From Gemmatimonadales bacterium (lineage in GTDB: Bacteria > Gemmatimonadota > Gemmatimonadetes > Gemmatimonadales > GWC2-71-9), in the NCBI GenBank assembly GCA_036394755.1, contig DASWEL010000006.1, positions 4,475-68,474 of the forward strand: a stretch of DNA of 64,000 nucleotides, given 5' to 3'. The notes under the pieces were generated by a model. That model did no database searches and was not told the DNA's origin. It saw only the letters and a program-made list of their open reading frames with translations. Each line of letters opens with the position of its first letter. Positions within the stretch are counted from its first letter, which is position 1. Both the position numbers and the translations under genes were made by a program. Of the stretch, positions 45,287 through 54,463 are shown piece by piece.

Positions 45287-46288
45287 ATGACCGAACCGAC
45301 GAATACCCTTCCCGCGGCGCGTCCGCGGAAAGTCTTGACCCAGATCGCTGCCGTCTCGTGGGAGCATCCGGCCGATCGCGCGGCGCTGCAGTCGCTGCGC
45401 TCCATCCCCGGATTCGACCAGGTAGTGAAGAAGATCTACGGATTCATCGGCGAGCGCGGTATCCGGCTGCTGTTCCAGGCGGACGCGGTGCGCGTCGGGC
45501 CCAGGCAGTTCCCGCGCCTCAACGAGCTGTACACCGACGTGCTGACGACGATGGATTGGGACCCGCGGCCCGATCTGTACGTGTCCCAGACGCCGTTCGT
45601 CAACGCGGGCGCGTACGGGATGGACCGGCCGTTCATCGTCATCAACTCGGGCGCGCTGAAGCTGCTCGACGACGACGAGATGCGGACGCTGCTGGGCCAC
45701 GAGCTGGGACACGTGATGAGCGGCCACGCGCTCTACGTCACGATCCTGATCCTGATCCTCAACTTCAGTTTCTCGACGTTACCGTTCCTGGCGGGCATTG
45801 CCCTGCTGCCCATCCGGATCGCGCTGCTCGAATGGTTCCGGAAGAGCGAGCTCTCGTCCGATCGCGCGGGTCTCCTGGCGGTCCAGGATCCGCACGCCGC
45901 GATGCGCATGCATCTCAAGATGGCGGGCGGCGGCGACATGAAGCAGATGAGCCTCGACGAGTTCCTCGTACAGGCCAAGGAATACGAGGAATCGGGTGGC
46001 GCGCTCGACCGGATCTTTCAGATCCTCAACACGCTCGAGCGCACCCATCCGTTCAGCACGCTGCGCGCCGCCGAGCTGCAGCGCTGGATCGGCGCCGGCC
46101 AGTACGAGCGCATTCTGAACGGCGAGTACACGCGCCGCGGCCCCGACGCCGACAATCGCCCGATCGACAAGGACATCGATGAGGCGCGCGAGCACTATAT
46201 GAAGGAAGCGAAGGCCGTTGTGAACGACGTGGTTGACTCCGCCAAGCGAGCCGCCCAGGCGTTTACGGACGCATTCAAGAAGAGGTGA
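45287..46288 (+). CDS. M48-family zinc metallopeptidase.
   Basis: 'LLGHELGHVMSGH' (HExxH) and a downstream 'ELSSDRAG'. Confidence 0.8.
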   Translation: MTEPTNTLPAARPRKVLTQIAAVSWEHPADRAALQSLRSIPGFDQVVKKIYGFIGERGIRLLFQADAVRVGPRQFPRLNELYTDVLTTMDWDPRPDLYVSQTPFVNAGAYGMDRPFIVINSGALKLLDDDEMRTLLGHELGHVMSGHALYVTILILILNFSFSTLPFLAGIALLPIRIALLEWFRKSELSSDRAGLLAVQDPHAAMRMHLKMAGGGDMKQMSLDEFLVQAKEYEESGGALDRIFQILNTLERTHPFSTLRAAELQRWIGAGQYERILNGEYTRRGPDADNRPIDKDIDEAREHYMKEAKAVVNDVVDSAKRAAQAFTDAFKKR

Positions 46289-47595
46289 AAGTACTGGTCG
46301 TCGGAGGCGGCGGCCGCGAACATGCCCTCTGCTGGGCACTGCGTCGCGACGCCGCCTCTGCCTTTTCCGACGACCTGACGCTGTTCGCAGCACCGGGCAA
46401 TCCCGGCACCGCCGCGCTCGCCACCAATCTCCCCATCCTTGCCACCGCCGTCGATCACGTCGTCGCGGCCGTCCTGCGGCACGAAATCGACGTCACCATC
46501 GTCGGTCCGGAGGCACCCCTCGCCGCCGGCCTGGCGGACCACCTGCGTGAACAAGGGCGTGCGGTGTTCGGTCCGTCGGCCGCCGCGGCGCAACTCGAGT
46601 CGTCCAAGGCGTACGCCAAAGAGGTGATGCGTCGCGCCGGTGTTCCGACGGCCGCAAGCGCCACATTCGTCGACGAGACGCCGGCGCTCGACTACATCGC
46701 GAGCCATGCCGAGCCCCTCGTCGTGAAAGCGTCCGGACTCGCGGCCGGCAAGGGAGCGGTCGTGTGCCAGACGCGAGCCGACGCCGTCGCCGTTGCCCGC
46801 GCCATGCTCGGAGGCTCCCTCGGCGCAGCCGGCAAGGAAATCGTGATCGAGGAGTTCCTCGATGGCGAAGAGCTCTCCGTGCTGGCCCTCACTGACGGTG
46901 AGCGCATCGTCATCCTTCCGCCCGCCCAGGACCACAAACGACTCGGCGAGGGCGATACCGGTCCCAACACCGGTGGGATGGGCGCCTACTGTCCGGTCGG
47001 GATCGCGACGGAACCGCTGCTCGCACGCGTGCGCGCGGAAGTCTTCGAGCCGGTGTTACGCGAAGTCGCGGCTCAAGGCACTCCCTACGAAGGTGTGCTG
47101 TATGCCGGTCTGATGATCCGGCCCGATGGCACACCCTCGGTGCTCGAATTCAATGCGCGTTTCGGCGACCCGGAAGCGCAGGTACTCCTGCCCGCGTTGT
47201 TGCCCGGATTCAGCGAGCATCTTGCGGCGATTGCGCAGCGGCGCTGGGACCCCGTGGCGAGCCAGCAGGCGTTGATCGTCGATCGGGCTGCGGTCACCAC
47301 CGTCCTGGCCGCGCGCGGGTATCCCGACAATCCGGAAAAAGGCGCCGCGATCAGGCTCCCGGACGCGGCGGACCTCGGAGACGATGTGATCGTCTTTCAC
47401 GCGGGCACGGATCGCGATAACGAAGGAAGACTGCGGACCTCCGGTGGCCGTGTGCTGAGCGTGACGGGTCTCGGTCCGACCGTGGCACTCGCCGCGCAGG
47501 CGAGCCGCGGCGCAGCCGAGCGCATCGCTTTTGAGGGCAAGACCTGGCGGCGCGACGTCGCCTGGCGCGAGATCCAGCGTGCCGGAGCTGCCTGA
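46285..47595 (+). CDS. purD: Phosphoribosylamine--glycine ligase.
   Basis: 'KVLVVGGGGREHAL', 'PLVVKASGLAAGKG' and 'LEFNARFGDPE'. Confidence 0.95.
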   Translation: MKVLVVGGGGREHALCWALRRDAASAFSDDLTLFAAPGNPGTAALATNLPILATAVDHVVAAVLRHEIDVTIVGPEAPLAAGLADHLREQGRAVFGPSAAAAQLESSKAYAKEVMRRAGVPTAASATFVDETPALDYIASHAEPLVVKASGLAAGKGAVVCQTRADAVAVARAMLGGSLGAAGKEIVIEEFLDGEELSVLALTDGERIVILPPAQDHKRLGEGDTGPNTGGMGAYCPVGIATEPLLARVRAEVFEPVLREVAAQGTPYEGVLYAGLMIRPDGTPSVLEFNARFGDPEAQVLLPALLPGFSEHLAAIAQRRWDPVASQQALIVDRAAVTTVLAARGYPDNPEKGAAIRLPDAADLGDDVIVFHAGTDRDNEGRLRTSGGRVLSVTGLGPTVALAAQASRGAAERIAFEGKTWRRDVAWREIQRAGAA

Positions 47596-48406
47596 AGTCG
47601 AGACGATCGTCCGCGAGATTGCGCCCGGGCTCGAGGGGTGCCGCATCGCCCGCGTGGAGCTGAAGAAAACCGATGTGTTGCGCCAGGTCTCCAAGGCGCG
47701 CCTGATCAAGACGCTGCGCGGCAACACCATCGAGCAGGTCTCCCGGCGCGCCAAGCACGCCGTGTTCCGGCTCTCATCCGGCCACCGCATGATCATCCAG
47801 CCGCGCATGACCGGCTCGCTCCTCGTCTATGAACGGCGGCTGACGCGGGACGAGGCGAAGTACGCCGTCCTGATCTGCACGCTGACCGACGGGCGCAGGT
47901 TCGTGTACCGCGACGTGCGGCGGCTCGGCACGATCTGGCTGCTCGAGGAAAAGGGCTGGATCGCGTACACCGGCCGGCTCGGCCCCGAGCCGCTCGAAGA
48001 GACGTTCACACCGTTCGTATTCGCCGATCGGCTGAGGGGCACGCGTACCGCGGTCAAGAAAGCCATCATGGACCAGAAGCGACTGGCGGGAGTCGGCAAC
48101 ATCTACGCCAACGAAGCGCTGTTCGACGCCAGACTCGATCCGGCGAAACCCACAAACAAATTGTCGCTCGAGGAATTCGCGCGATTGCACGCCGCGATCG
48201 TGGACGTCCTGCAACGGGCACTCGCGTCGTCCGGGACGACGCTGCGCGACTATCGCACGGGCAGAGGCGAGCGCGGCCGCTTCCAGTTCGAGCTACGCGT
48301 GTATGGACGAGGCGGGAAGAAGTGCGCGAACTGCGGCCGGAAGCTCGTGATGACGCACGAGATCGACAAACGGCAGACGGTGTTTTGCCGAAGATGCCAG
48401 CGGTAG
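47579..48406 (+). CDS. mutM: Formamidopyrimidine-DNA glycosylase.
   Basis: The GTG start gives the obligatory N-terminal 'PELPEVE'. H2TH region 'GVGNIYANEALF' and C-terminal zinc finger 'CANCG...FCRRCQ'. Confidence 0.9.
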   Translation: MPELPEVETIVREIAPGLEGCRIARVELKKTDVLRQVSKARLIKTLRGNTIEQVSRRAKHAVFRLSSGHRMIIQPRMTGSLLVYERRLTRDEAKYAVLICTLTDGRRFVYRDVRRLGTIWLLEEKGWIAYTGRLGPEPLEETFTPFVFADRLRGTRTAVKKAIMDQKRLAGVGNIYANEALFDARLDPAKPTNKLSLEEFARLHAAIVDVLQRALASSGTTLRDYRTGRGERGRFQFELRVYGRGGKKCANCGRKLVMTHEIDKRQTVFCRRCQR

Positions 48407-48411
48407 CAACA

Positions 48412-48477
48412 AGGGCGGCAAAGGCGCAGGGGCGGCAACCTTGCCGCCATTGCCGCCCATGCCGCCCATGCCGCCCT
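48412..48477. repeat. Hairpin built from inverted tandem nonamer arrays (about 3 units of GGGCGGCAA type and 4 units of TGCCGCCNN). Probably a bidirectional terminator.
   Basis: Right arm tgccgccat tgccgccca tgccgccca tgccgccct at 48442-48477. The left arm at 48412-48437 is complementary. A perfect GGCGGCAA/TTGCCGCC stem forms the tip. It lies between the convergent mutM and DUF1854 genes and is followed by TTTC. Confidence 0.65.
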
Positions 48478-48478
48478 T

Positions 48479-49000
48479 TCAGTCCACAAACGCCCACAGC
48501 AACTCCCGGCTTTTCCGATCGAGAGCCCCGGGCCTGCCGAGATGATATAAATCCCCCGCGAGGTCGCGGATCAGCAGCCCACCATGCGGCAACGTGCGCG
48601 GCCAATCATCGAGCCTCGTCTGGAACGTGCGAGGACCCTGCTGCGTCTCGACTCGCCAGCGGCGAATCTCGACTTCCTCGTCGATCTCCAGCACGCGCGT
48701 CACCTCGAACACGAACCCCGCGACCGCGAGCGCCATCTCCAGCGCGGCGCGGGAGCGCGGATCGAGTTCGGCGGGGTCCCTGACGAGCGCGAACTCCTCT
48801 TCGTCCGCGTCCCGCAGCGAGAGATGATGTGCGGGCTCCGACCAGGGGAAGCAGCGCCGCACCGATACCGGCCGCTCCTCGTCCCCTTTCGTCGCCCACA
48901 GTGAGCCGTCGGTCCGCCATTCCAACGTCAGCGTATCGCGCCTCCGTTGTTCCAGCGGCCGACGGCCCAACAGGGTTGCATCCATGGTCCCTCCTCTCAT
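48479..49000 (-). CDS. DUF1854-like protein (the partner family usually found after a specific ABC exporter).
   Basis: 'VSVRRCFPWSEP' and 'FVFEVTRVLEIDEEVEIRRWRVET'. The ATGA overlap with the upstream ABC gene indicates translational coupling. The family assignment is from memory and not verified. Confidence 0.55.
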   Translation of the reverse strand: MRGGTMDATLLGRRPLEQRRRDTLTLEWRTDGSLWATKGDEERPVSVRRCFPWSEPAHHLSLRDADEEEFALVRDPAELDPRSRAALEMALAVAGFVFEVTRVLEIDEEVEIRRWRVETQQGPRTFQTRLDDWPRTLPHGGLLIRDLAGDLYHLGRPGALDRKSRELLWAFVD

Positions 49001-51264
49001 TGAAGCTGCAATTGCAGCTCGTACAAGTGCCGGTACTTCCCGTCGGGTTTCGCCAGCAGCTCCGCATGCGTGCCGTGCTCGACCAACCGGCCGTCCTCGA
49101 TCACGAACAGCCGCGACGCCTTGCGGAGCGTCGACAGGCGGTGCGCAATCGCGAACACGGTCCGCCCCGCCACCAGCCGCTCGAGCGCCTCCTGGATCTC
49201 ACGCTCGGTTTCCGTATCCACGCTGCTCGTCGCCTCGTCCAGAATGAGGATCCGAGGATCGTGGAGGATCGCGCGCGCGATCGAGACACGCTGGCGCTCA
49301 CCACCCGACAACGTGTGTCCCCGCTCCCCCACCACCGTGTCGTAGCCGTGCTGCAGCTTGGTGATGAAGTCGTGGGCATTCGCCGCCTGCGCCGCCGCGA
49401 CAACCTGATGCAACGGCGCCTCCGGCAGGCCGTAGCGGATGTTCTCCACCACCGTCCCATGAAACAGGTACGGATCCTGGAGCACCATCCCCATCTGCCG
49501 GCGGTAATGCCCCGTATCGAGGCGCCTGAGATCGACGCCATCGATCCGAATCGTTCCCCCGCTCACGTCGTAGAAGCGCGCAATCAGGTTCACGATCGTC
49601 GTCTTGCCACCGCCCGACGGGCCGACGAGCCCGATCAGCTCGCCTGCCGCCACATCGAAGCTCACGCCCCGCAGCACCTGGCGGACGCCGTCGTAGCCGA
49701 ATGTCACGTGCTCGAACGTCACCCGTCCGTGGACCGGCTCGAGCCGCACCGGCTCCACCATGTCGCGGATCTCCGGCTCGGTGTCGAGCACCTCGAACAC
49801 CCGGTGCGCCGACGTCGTCGCCCGGTTGATCGTGCGCGCCATCTGCCCGATCACGTCGATCGGCGCGAGGAACATCGTCGTGTAGAGCAGGAACGAGACG
49901 AACGTTCCCACCGGCAGCTGTGGGCCTGTGCCGAGCAGCCGCGGCACGGCGAACAGCCACACCGTAATCGTCATCGCGTGCACGCCGAGGACGAGCAGCG
50001 GCCAGAACGTCGTCCATGACGCGTGAATCCGGTTGAACTCCGCCGTCACGTCCGCGTTGCGCTCGCCGAAGCGCGCGATTTCCCGGTCCTCCTGGTTGAA
50101 CGCTTTCACCACCCGGATTCCGGGGATGGTGTCCGACAACACGTCGGTCACGCGCGACCACTTCCGCCACGCCCGGATGAACAGCCGGCTGATGTTCTCG
50201 CCGTGCCGATAGATCACCCAGCAAAACACCGGGATCGGCAGGGTCATCACCAGACCAAGCCTCCAGTCGAGCGAGAGTAACACCGTTCCCAGTCCCAGCA
50301 GCTGCACCAGCGAGAGTGACACATCGACGATCCCAAACGCGAGGAACTCCCAGAGACGGTCGGTATCGGCGGACACGCGTGTGATCAGGCTGCCCGTTCG
50401 CTTGCGCGAGAAGAACGACAGGCTGAGCCGCTGGATGTGCTCGTACAGTTGATCGCGCAAATCCCGGGCAACCCATTCGCCAAGAATCGCCATCAACCGC
50501 AGCCGGACATACGCCGCGGCCTGTTTGACGAGGTACACCGCCGCCATCGCGGCCACGGCGAGCGTCGCAATCGTCCCCGCGCGGGTGAGCGACAACGTGC
50601 CCGCCTGCGCCGGGCGCACCACGCGGTCGATCAGATAGCCCGCGAGATACGGCGGGATCAGACTGACCAGCGTGATGACGGTGGCCGCTGCCATGCCGAG
50701 CGTCAGGTCGCGGCGATAGGGCTTTAGATAGCCTAGCAAGCGCCGGATGACGGCCGTCTGCCGGCCCGACACGAGTGCCTGCGCGTCGCGAATCGGCCGC
50801 GCCACACTCTCGGCATACAACCGGTCCGCTTCGCCGTCGGCCAGCTCGCGCGTGTGGCCCTGAACCTGCTCCTCGAGCACGAACCGGATGTTCTCGAACG
50901 CGCGCCGCTGCCGGTGCGTGTAGCGCAGCAATGCCAGCGCCGGCTCGCCCGGTGCGCCCAGGATCGTCAGCGTGTTCGCCGACAACCCGGGCGCTTCACG
51001 GACCGCCTCGATGCTTGCCCGCTCGATGCTGCGCACGTCCCAGCCCTCGCTGTCCCGCTTCGCGACCGCGATGTGCCTGGGGCCCAGCGCGAACCACGTT
51101 TCCGAGAGCACAAGGCTCTGGTCGAGATCAGCGAGCGCGTACAGCTGGATGGGCGCGCCCTGCCAGGCGTGCTCGATCTCCCGTCGCAACTCCGGAGGGA
51201 GCCGCGTCGGCTGGGCGGTGTAGCGCTCGATGATGTGATCGTCGAGTTGTTGCTGCGTGCTCAT
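48997..51264 (-). CDS. ABC exporter (fused TMD-NBD, MsbA/type I exporter-like) with an extra N-terminal soluble domain of about 170 aa.
   Basis: Six-helix TMD. Walker A 'GPSGGGKTT', signature 'LSGGERQRV' and Walker B 'ILILDEATS'. The N-terminal region before the first TM has no transporter motif. Confidence 0.9.
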   Translation of the reverse strand: MSTQQQLDDHIIERYTAQPTRLPPELRREIEHAWQGAPIQLYALADLDQSLVLSETWFALGPRHIAVAKRDSEGWDVRSIERASIEAVREAPGLSANTLTILGAPGEPALALLRYTHRQRRAFENIRFVLEEQVQGHTRELADGEADRLYAESVARPIRDAQALVSGRQTAVIRRLLGYLKPYRRDLTLGMAAATVITLVSLIPPYLAGYLIDRVVRPAQAGTLSLTRAGTIATLAVAAMAAVYLVKQAAAYVRLRLMAILGEWVARDLRDQLYEHIQRLSLSFFSRKRTGSLITRVSADTDRLWEFLAFGIVDVSLSLVQLLGLGTVLLSLDWRLGLVMTLPIPVFCWVIYRHGENISRLFIRAWRKWSRVTDVLSDTIPGIRVVKAFNQEDREIARFGERNADVTAEFNRIHASWTTFWPLLVLGVHAMTITVWLFAVPRLLGTGPQLPVGTFVSFLLYTTMFLAPIDVIGQMARTINRATTSAHRVFEVLDTEPEIRDMVEPVRLEPVHGRVTFEHVTFGYDGVRQVLRGVSFDVAAGELIGLVGPSGGGKTTIVNLIARFYDVSGGTIRIDGVDLRRLDTGHYRRQMGMVLQDPYLFHGTVVENIRYGLPEAPLHQVVAAAQAANAHDFITKLQHGYDTVVGERGHTLSGGERQRVSIARAILHDPRILILDEATSSVDTETEREIQEALERLVAGRTVFAIAHRLSTLRKASRLFVIEDGRLVEHGTHAELLAKPDGKYRHLYELQLQLQ

Positions 51265-51597
51265 GTCCGTGATCCTCGAATCGGGGGTAACAGAACGGCC
51301 TCCCAGGTCCCATGAAGCACCCGGAAGGCCGGATCACGGCGCGAACTAGATCCGATCGACTTCTAGGGTGCTCCTCCACCTCCACCGGCGCCGGCGATGC
51401 CGGACGCAACACGCCCACGCACGTCGACAAACGGCGCGACCAGGCACCAGGCCAGGCCCACCCAGAGGCGACGCAGCATTGGCGTGACGGTGGATTGACG
51501 AATCATTTCAGTCCGAGACCCTTTCGTGCGTGTTTCGGGGGGCTACTTCGAGCAAACTAAGACGACGTACGGAGTCGGTCAAGGCGAAGATTCACGA

Positions 51598-53076
51598 TCA
51601 CCCCCGAATCGGCCGTCCCGCAGCGAAATCGAAGAGCGTGGCACCGCGCAGGCGGTAGAGCGCCGTCCAGTATCCGCGCAGCCCCCGGACGTATTCGACC
51701 AGCGCCTGGTCCTTCTCGGCCTGCGCGATGTACAGATTGTCGATCGTAATGCGGCCGATCACGTAGCGATTGTACGCCACCTCAAAGCGCTTGGCGGCGA
51801 CGCTGTCCGCCTTCGCCACGAGCAGTGCGGTGCGGCGCGCCTGTGCGAGTGCGAGCGCGGCGAAACGAGCGTCGTGCACAACCTGGGCGAGCGTCGCGTC
51901 CGAGAGGTTGGTGACGCGCTCGCGATCGGCCTCGGCCGCCCGCACTCGTTCGTGATGCGCGCCCCACTGCCACAGCGGAACCTGTACCGACAGCGTGAAG
52001 CGCCGAGCCTCGAGCAGGTTCTGATATGCGAGGCTCGCCTCCGGCGCCGTGGCGTTGAATCCGTAGCTGGCCTGGACGGTGGCACCGGCGCCCGAACGAA
52101 GACGCGCCTCGGCGACGCTCCGCCGGGCCTGGACGTCATCGAGGGCGACGGCCGTCACCGCGGCGCGATTCTTCAACGCTTCGGCCACGGCGCGAGCCGT
52201 GTCGGCCTCGAACTCGCGGACCTCCCCCGTCACCGCGACCCCGACCGGCGTCCCGGGGGGGAGATCGAGCGCGAGGCGCAAGGCGTCGGTGGCGCGTTCG
52301 TGCTCCAGCCGCGCCGACTCGAGGGAGGTACGGGAGCGGAGCAACGCGAGCTCGCTCTGCAGCAGATCGTTCTCGCCGATCTTGCCGACCTCGAACCGCC
52401 CGGTGTTCAGGCGGTACAACGTGTCGTTCACCGCGGCATTCGTCACGGCATTCTCGAGCGCGACGCGGGCGGCGTAGACATCGAAGAAGAGCGTGGCCGT
52501 TTGGAGAGCCAGGTCCTCCATCGCTTCGAGATATGCGCGTTCGTCCAGCTCGGCGCGCACCGCGTCCTCCTGACCGTCCCACGCGGCGGTGTTCGGACGG
52601 AAGATGTCCTGCCGCAATCCCACCGATACCGGCGTCGAAGACCACGACTGGTAGGCGGTCGGGCCGCTCACCCTGAGCCGAGCCAGCGACGATGACACAA
52701 ACAGATCCCCGCCCGTAACCGGGATTTTCTGAGCGAGGGTGAGCGTTACGCTGGCGTCGGTCTGCTGCTGGGGCACGAATTCGGTGCTCCCGTCATCCCG
52801 GAGCACCGAAATGATCGACTTGTTATACGACGGCAGCGTTCCTCCGAGAGACAGCTGCGGTAGCAGCCCGGAGCGGTACGCACGGTGGCGGTAGCGCCCC
52901 GATTCACGTGCCGCCCGCGCGGCGCGGGCCTGGTGCCCGCGCTGCTGCGCGAGCGCGATGGCCTCCGACAGCGTGATCGCCTGGGAGGAATCCCGAGGCG
53001 CCGCCTGGGCCGCGAGCGTGGGTGTCACAGGCGCGCCAAGGGCGAGGGCTAAGGTGAGGCACACGCGGTTGTTCAT
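51598..53076 (-). CDS. TolC-family outer-membrane efflux protein.
   Basis: Signal peptide. Two repeated coiled-coil/beta halves with typical 'LTLSEAIALA...' and 'LLPQLSLGG' OEP features. Confidence 0.85.
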   Translation of the reverse strand: MNNRVCLTLALALGAPVTPTLAAQAAPRDSSQAITLSEAIALAQQRGHQARAARAARESGRYRHRAYRSGLLPQLSLGGTLPSYNKSIISVLRDDGSTEFVPQQQTDASVTLTLAQKIPVTGGDLFVSSSLARLRVSGPTAYQSWSSTPVSVGLRQDIFRPNTAAWDGQEDAVRAELDERAYLEAMEDLALQTATLFFDVYAARVALENAVTNAAVNDTLYRLNTGRFEVGKIGENDLLQSELALLRSRTSLESARLEHERATDALRLALDLPPGTPVGVAVTGEVREFEADTARAVAEALKNRAAVTAVALDDVQARRSVAEARLRSGAGATVQASYGFNATAPEASLAYQNLLEARRFTLSVQVPLWQWGAHHERVRAAEADRERVTNLSDATLAQVVHDARFAALALAQARRTALLVAKADSVAAKRFEVAYNRYVIGRITIDNLYIAQAEKDQALVEYVRGLRGYWTALYRLRGATLFDFAAGRPIRG

Positions 53077-53080
53077 GAGT

Positions 53081-54463
53081 TCACTCGTAGCGGAGGCAGA
53101 CGACTGGATCCTGTCGCGCGGCGCGGTAGGCCGGGACGATCCCGAAGGCGATGCCCACGGTGAACGACACGCCGAAGGCGACGAAGACGGACAGGGATGA
53201 CACGATCGTGGTGATTCCCGCGAACCGCTCGATGCCCATCGACAGGCCGACGCCGACGAGAATGCCCACCACGCCCCCGGCCACGCTGATCAGCACCGCC
53301 TCGCTCAGGAACTGAAAGAGGATGTCTTTCTGGGTGGCGCCCATGGCGCGGCGCACCCCGATCTCCCGGATCCGCTCCAGGACCGACGCGAGCATGATGT
53401 TCATGATCCCGATGCCGCCCACCACGAGCGAAATGGAGGCGATGGCGCCCAGCACGACGTTGAAGATCGTCTTGGTGCGCTGCTCCTGGCGGAGCAGCAG
53501 CTCCGGCACGGTAATCTCGAAATCCACCACCGTGTTGTGTCGGCGAACGAGCATCCGCTGCAACACGTCGGCGACGGGAGACACGAACCGCGACTCGGTC
53601 ACCCGCACGATGATGCGATCGAGCTGGTTGCGGTTGGTGCGCTCCTCACGCTGCTGCTCGGACTCCGTCGGCGCGTCGTTGGTGGTGACGGTGACCTCCC
53701 GGGCCGCCTGCTCGATATCGCGCTGTGTGAGCTGTGCACGATTCCGGAAGCGGATGAGCACGGTGCGCACTGGCACGTACACGTCCATGTTGGCGTCGCG
53801 GATGCCCAGGCGCTGCGCGGTCTGCTGCGTCAGGCGACGATCCTGGAGCACGCCGACGACGGTGACCCAGGTCTCGCCGACCTTGAGGGGGCGGCCGATC
53901 GGATCCTCGGTCGTGAAGAAGCGCGTGCGTACGCCATGGCCGATGATCGCGACGGGGAGCCCGCGCTCCACCTGCAACGGGGTGAACGTCGTCCCGGTGG
54001 CAAGTGCCAGGTTCGTAAGGCGGAAGTAGGTCGTGTCCACGCCCACCAACTTTCCCGAGCGTCGCAGGCCCTCCCGCGTGAGCGACGTATTGAGGACGAC
54101 TTCCGCGCTCGTCACCTCGACCCCAGGAACCACGTGCGCGATCGCCTGGGCGTCGGCGTAGGTGAGGCCGGGCGAGAACTTCGTCACCTTCTTGTCGGGT
54201 TGGTCGTCGGCGGGGCCCTCGCGCTGCTCCACGAGCGGCGTGATCATCACATTGTTCGAGCCGAGCAGGCGCATCTGCTCGAGGATTTCACGCTCGGCGC
54301 CCTTTCCGATCGCGAGCATCGCAATCACTGAGGCGACGCCGAACAGGATGCCCAGCGAGGTGAGCGAAGCCCGCAGCTTGTTGTGCCGCACGGCTTCGAC
54401 CGCCGTGCGCATGCTGAATCCAACGTGCGCGATGAACTGGCGGCGCAGCTCGGCGACGTTCAC
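53081..54463 (-). CDS. MacB/FtsX-family ABC transporter permease with no fused ATPase.
   Basis: N-terminal TM 'LTSLGILFGVASVIAML', a large periplasmic domain, and a C-terminal FtsX domain 'ERIREIGVRRAMGA' plus three TM helices. Confidence 0.85.
   Translation of the reverse strand: MNVAELRRQFIAHVGFSMRTAVEAVRHNKLRASLTSLGILFGVASVIAMLAIGKGAEREILEQMRLLGSNNVMITPLVEQREGPADDQPDKKVTKFSPGLTYADAQAIAHVVPGVEVTSAEVVLNTSLTREGLRRSGKLVGVDTTYFRLTNLALATGTTFTPLQVERGLPVAIIGHGVRTRFFTTEDPIGRPLKVGETWVTVVGVLQDRRLTQQTAQRLGIRDANMDVYVPVRTVLIRFRNRAQLTQRDIEQAAREVTVTTNDAPTESEQQREERTNRNQLDRIIVRVTESRFVSPVADVLQRMLVRRHNTVVDFEITVPELLLRQEQRTKTIFNVVLGAIASISLVVGGIGIMNIMLASVLERIREIGVRRAMGATQKDILFQFLSEAVLISVAGGVVGILVGVGLSMGIERFAGITTIVSSLSVFVAFGVSFTVGIAFGIVPAYRAARQDPVVCLRYE

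Noticed and set aside
51265-51597. Structured ncRNA or riboswitch in the 333-nt gap upstream of the ABC exporter.
   Set aside because: I could not recognise any known riboswitch core or extended conserved-looking helices. Only a speculative 47-codon ORF is noted in the findings.
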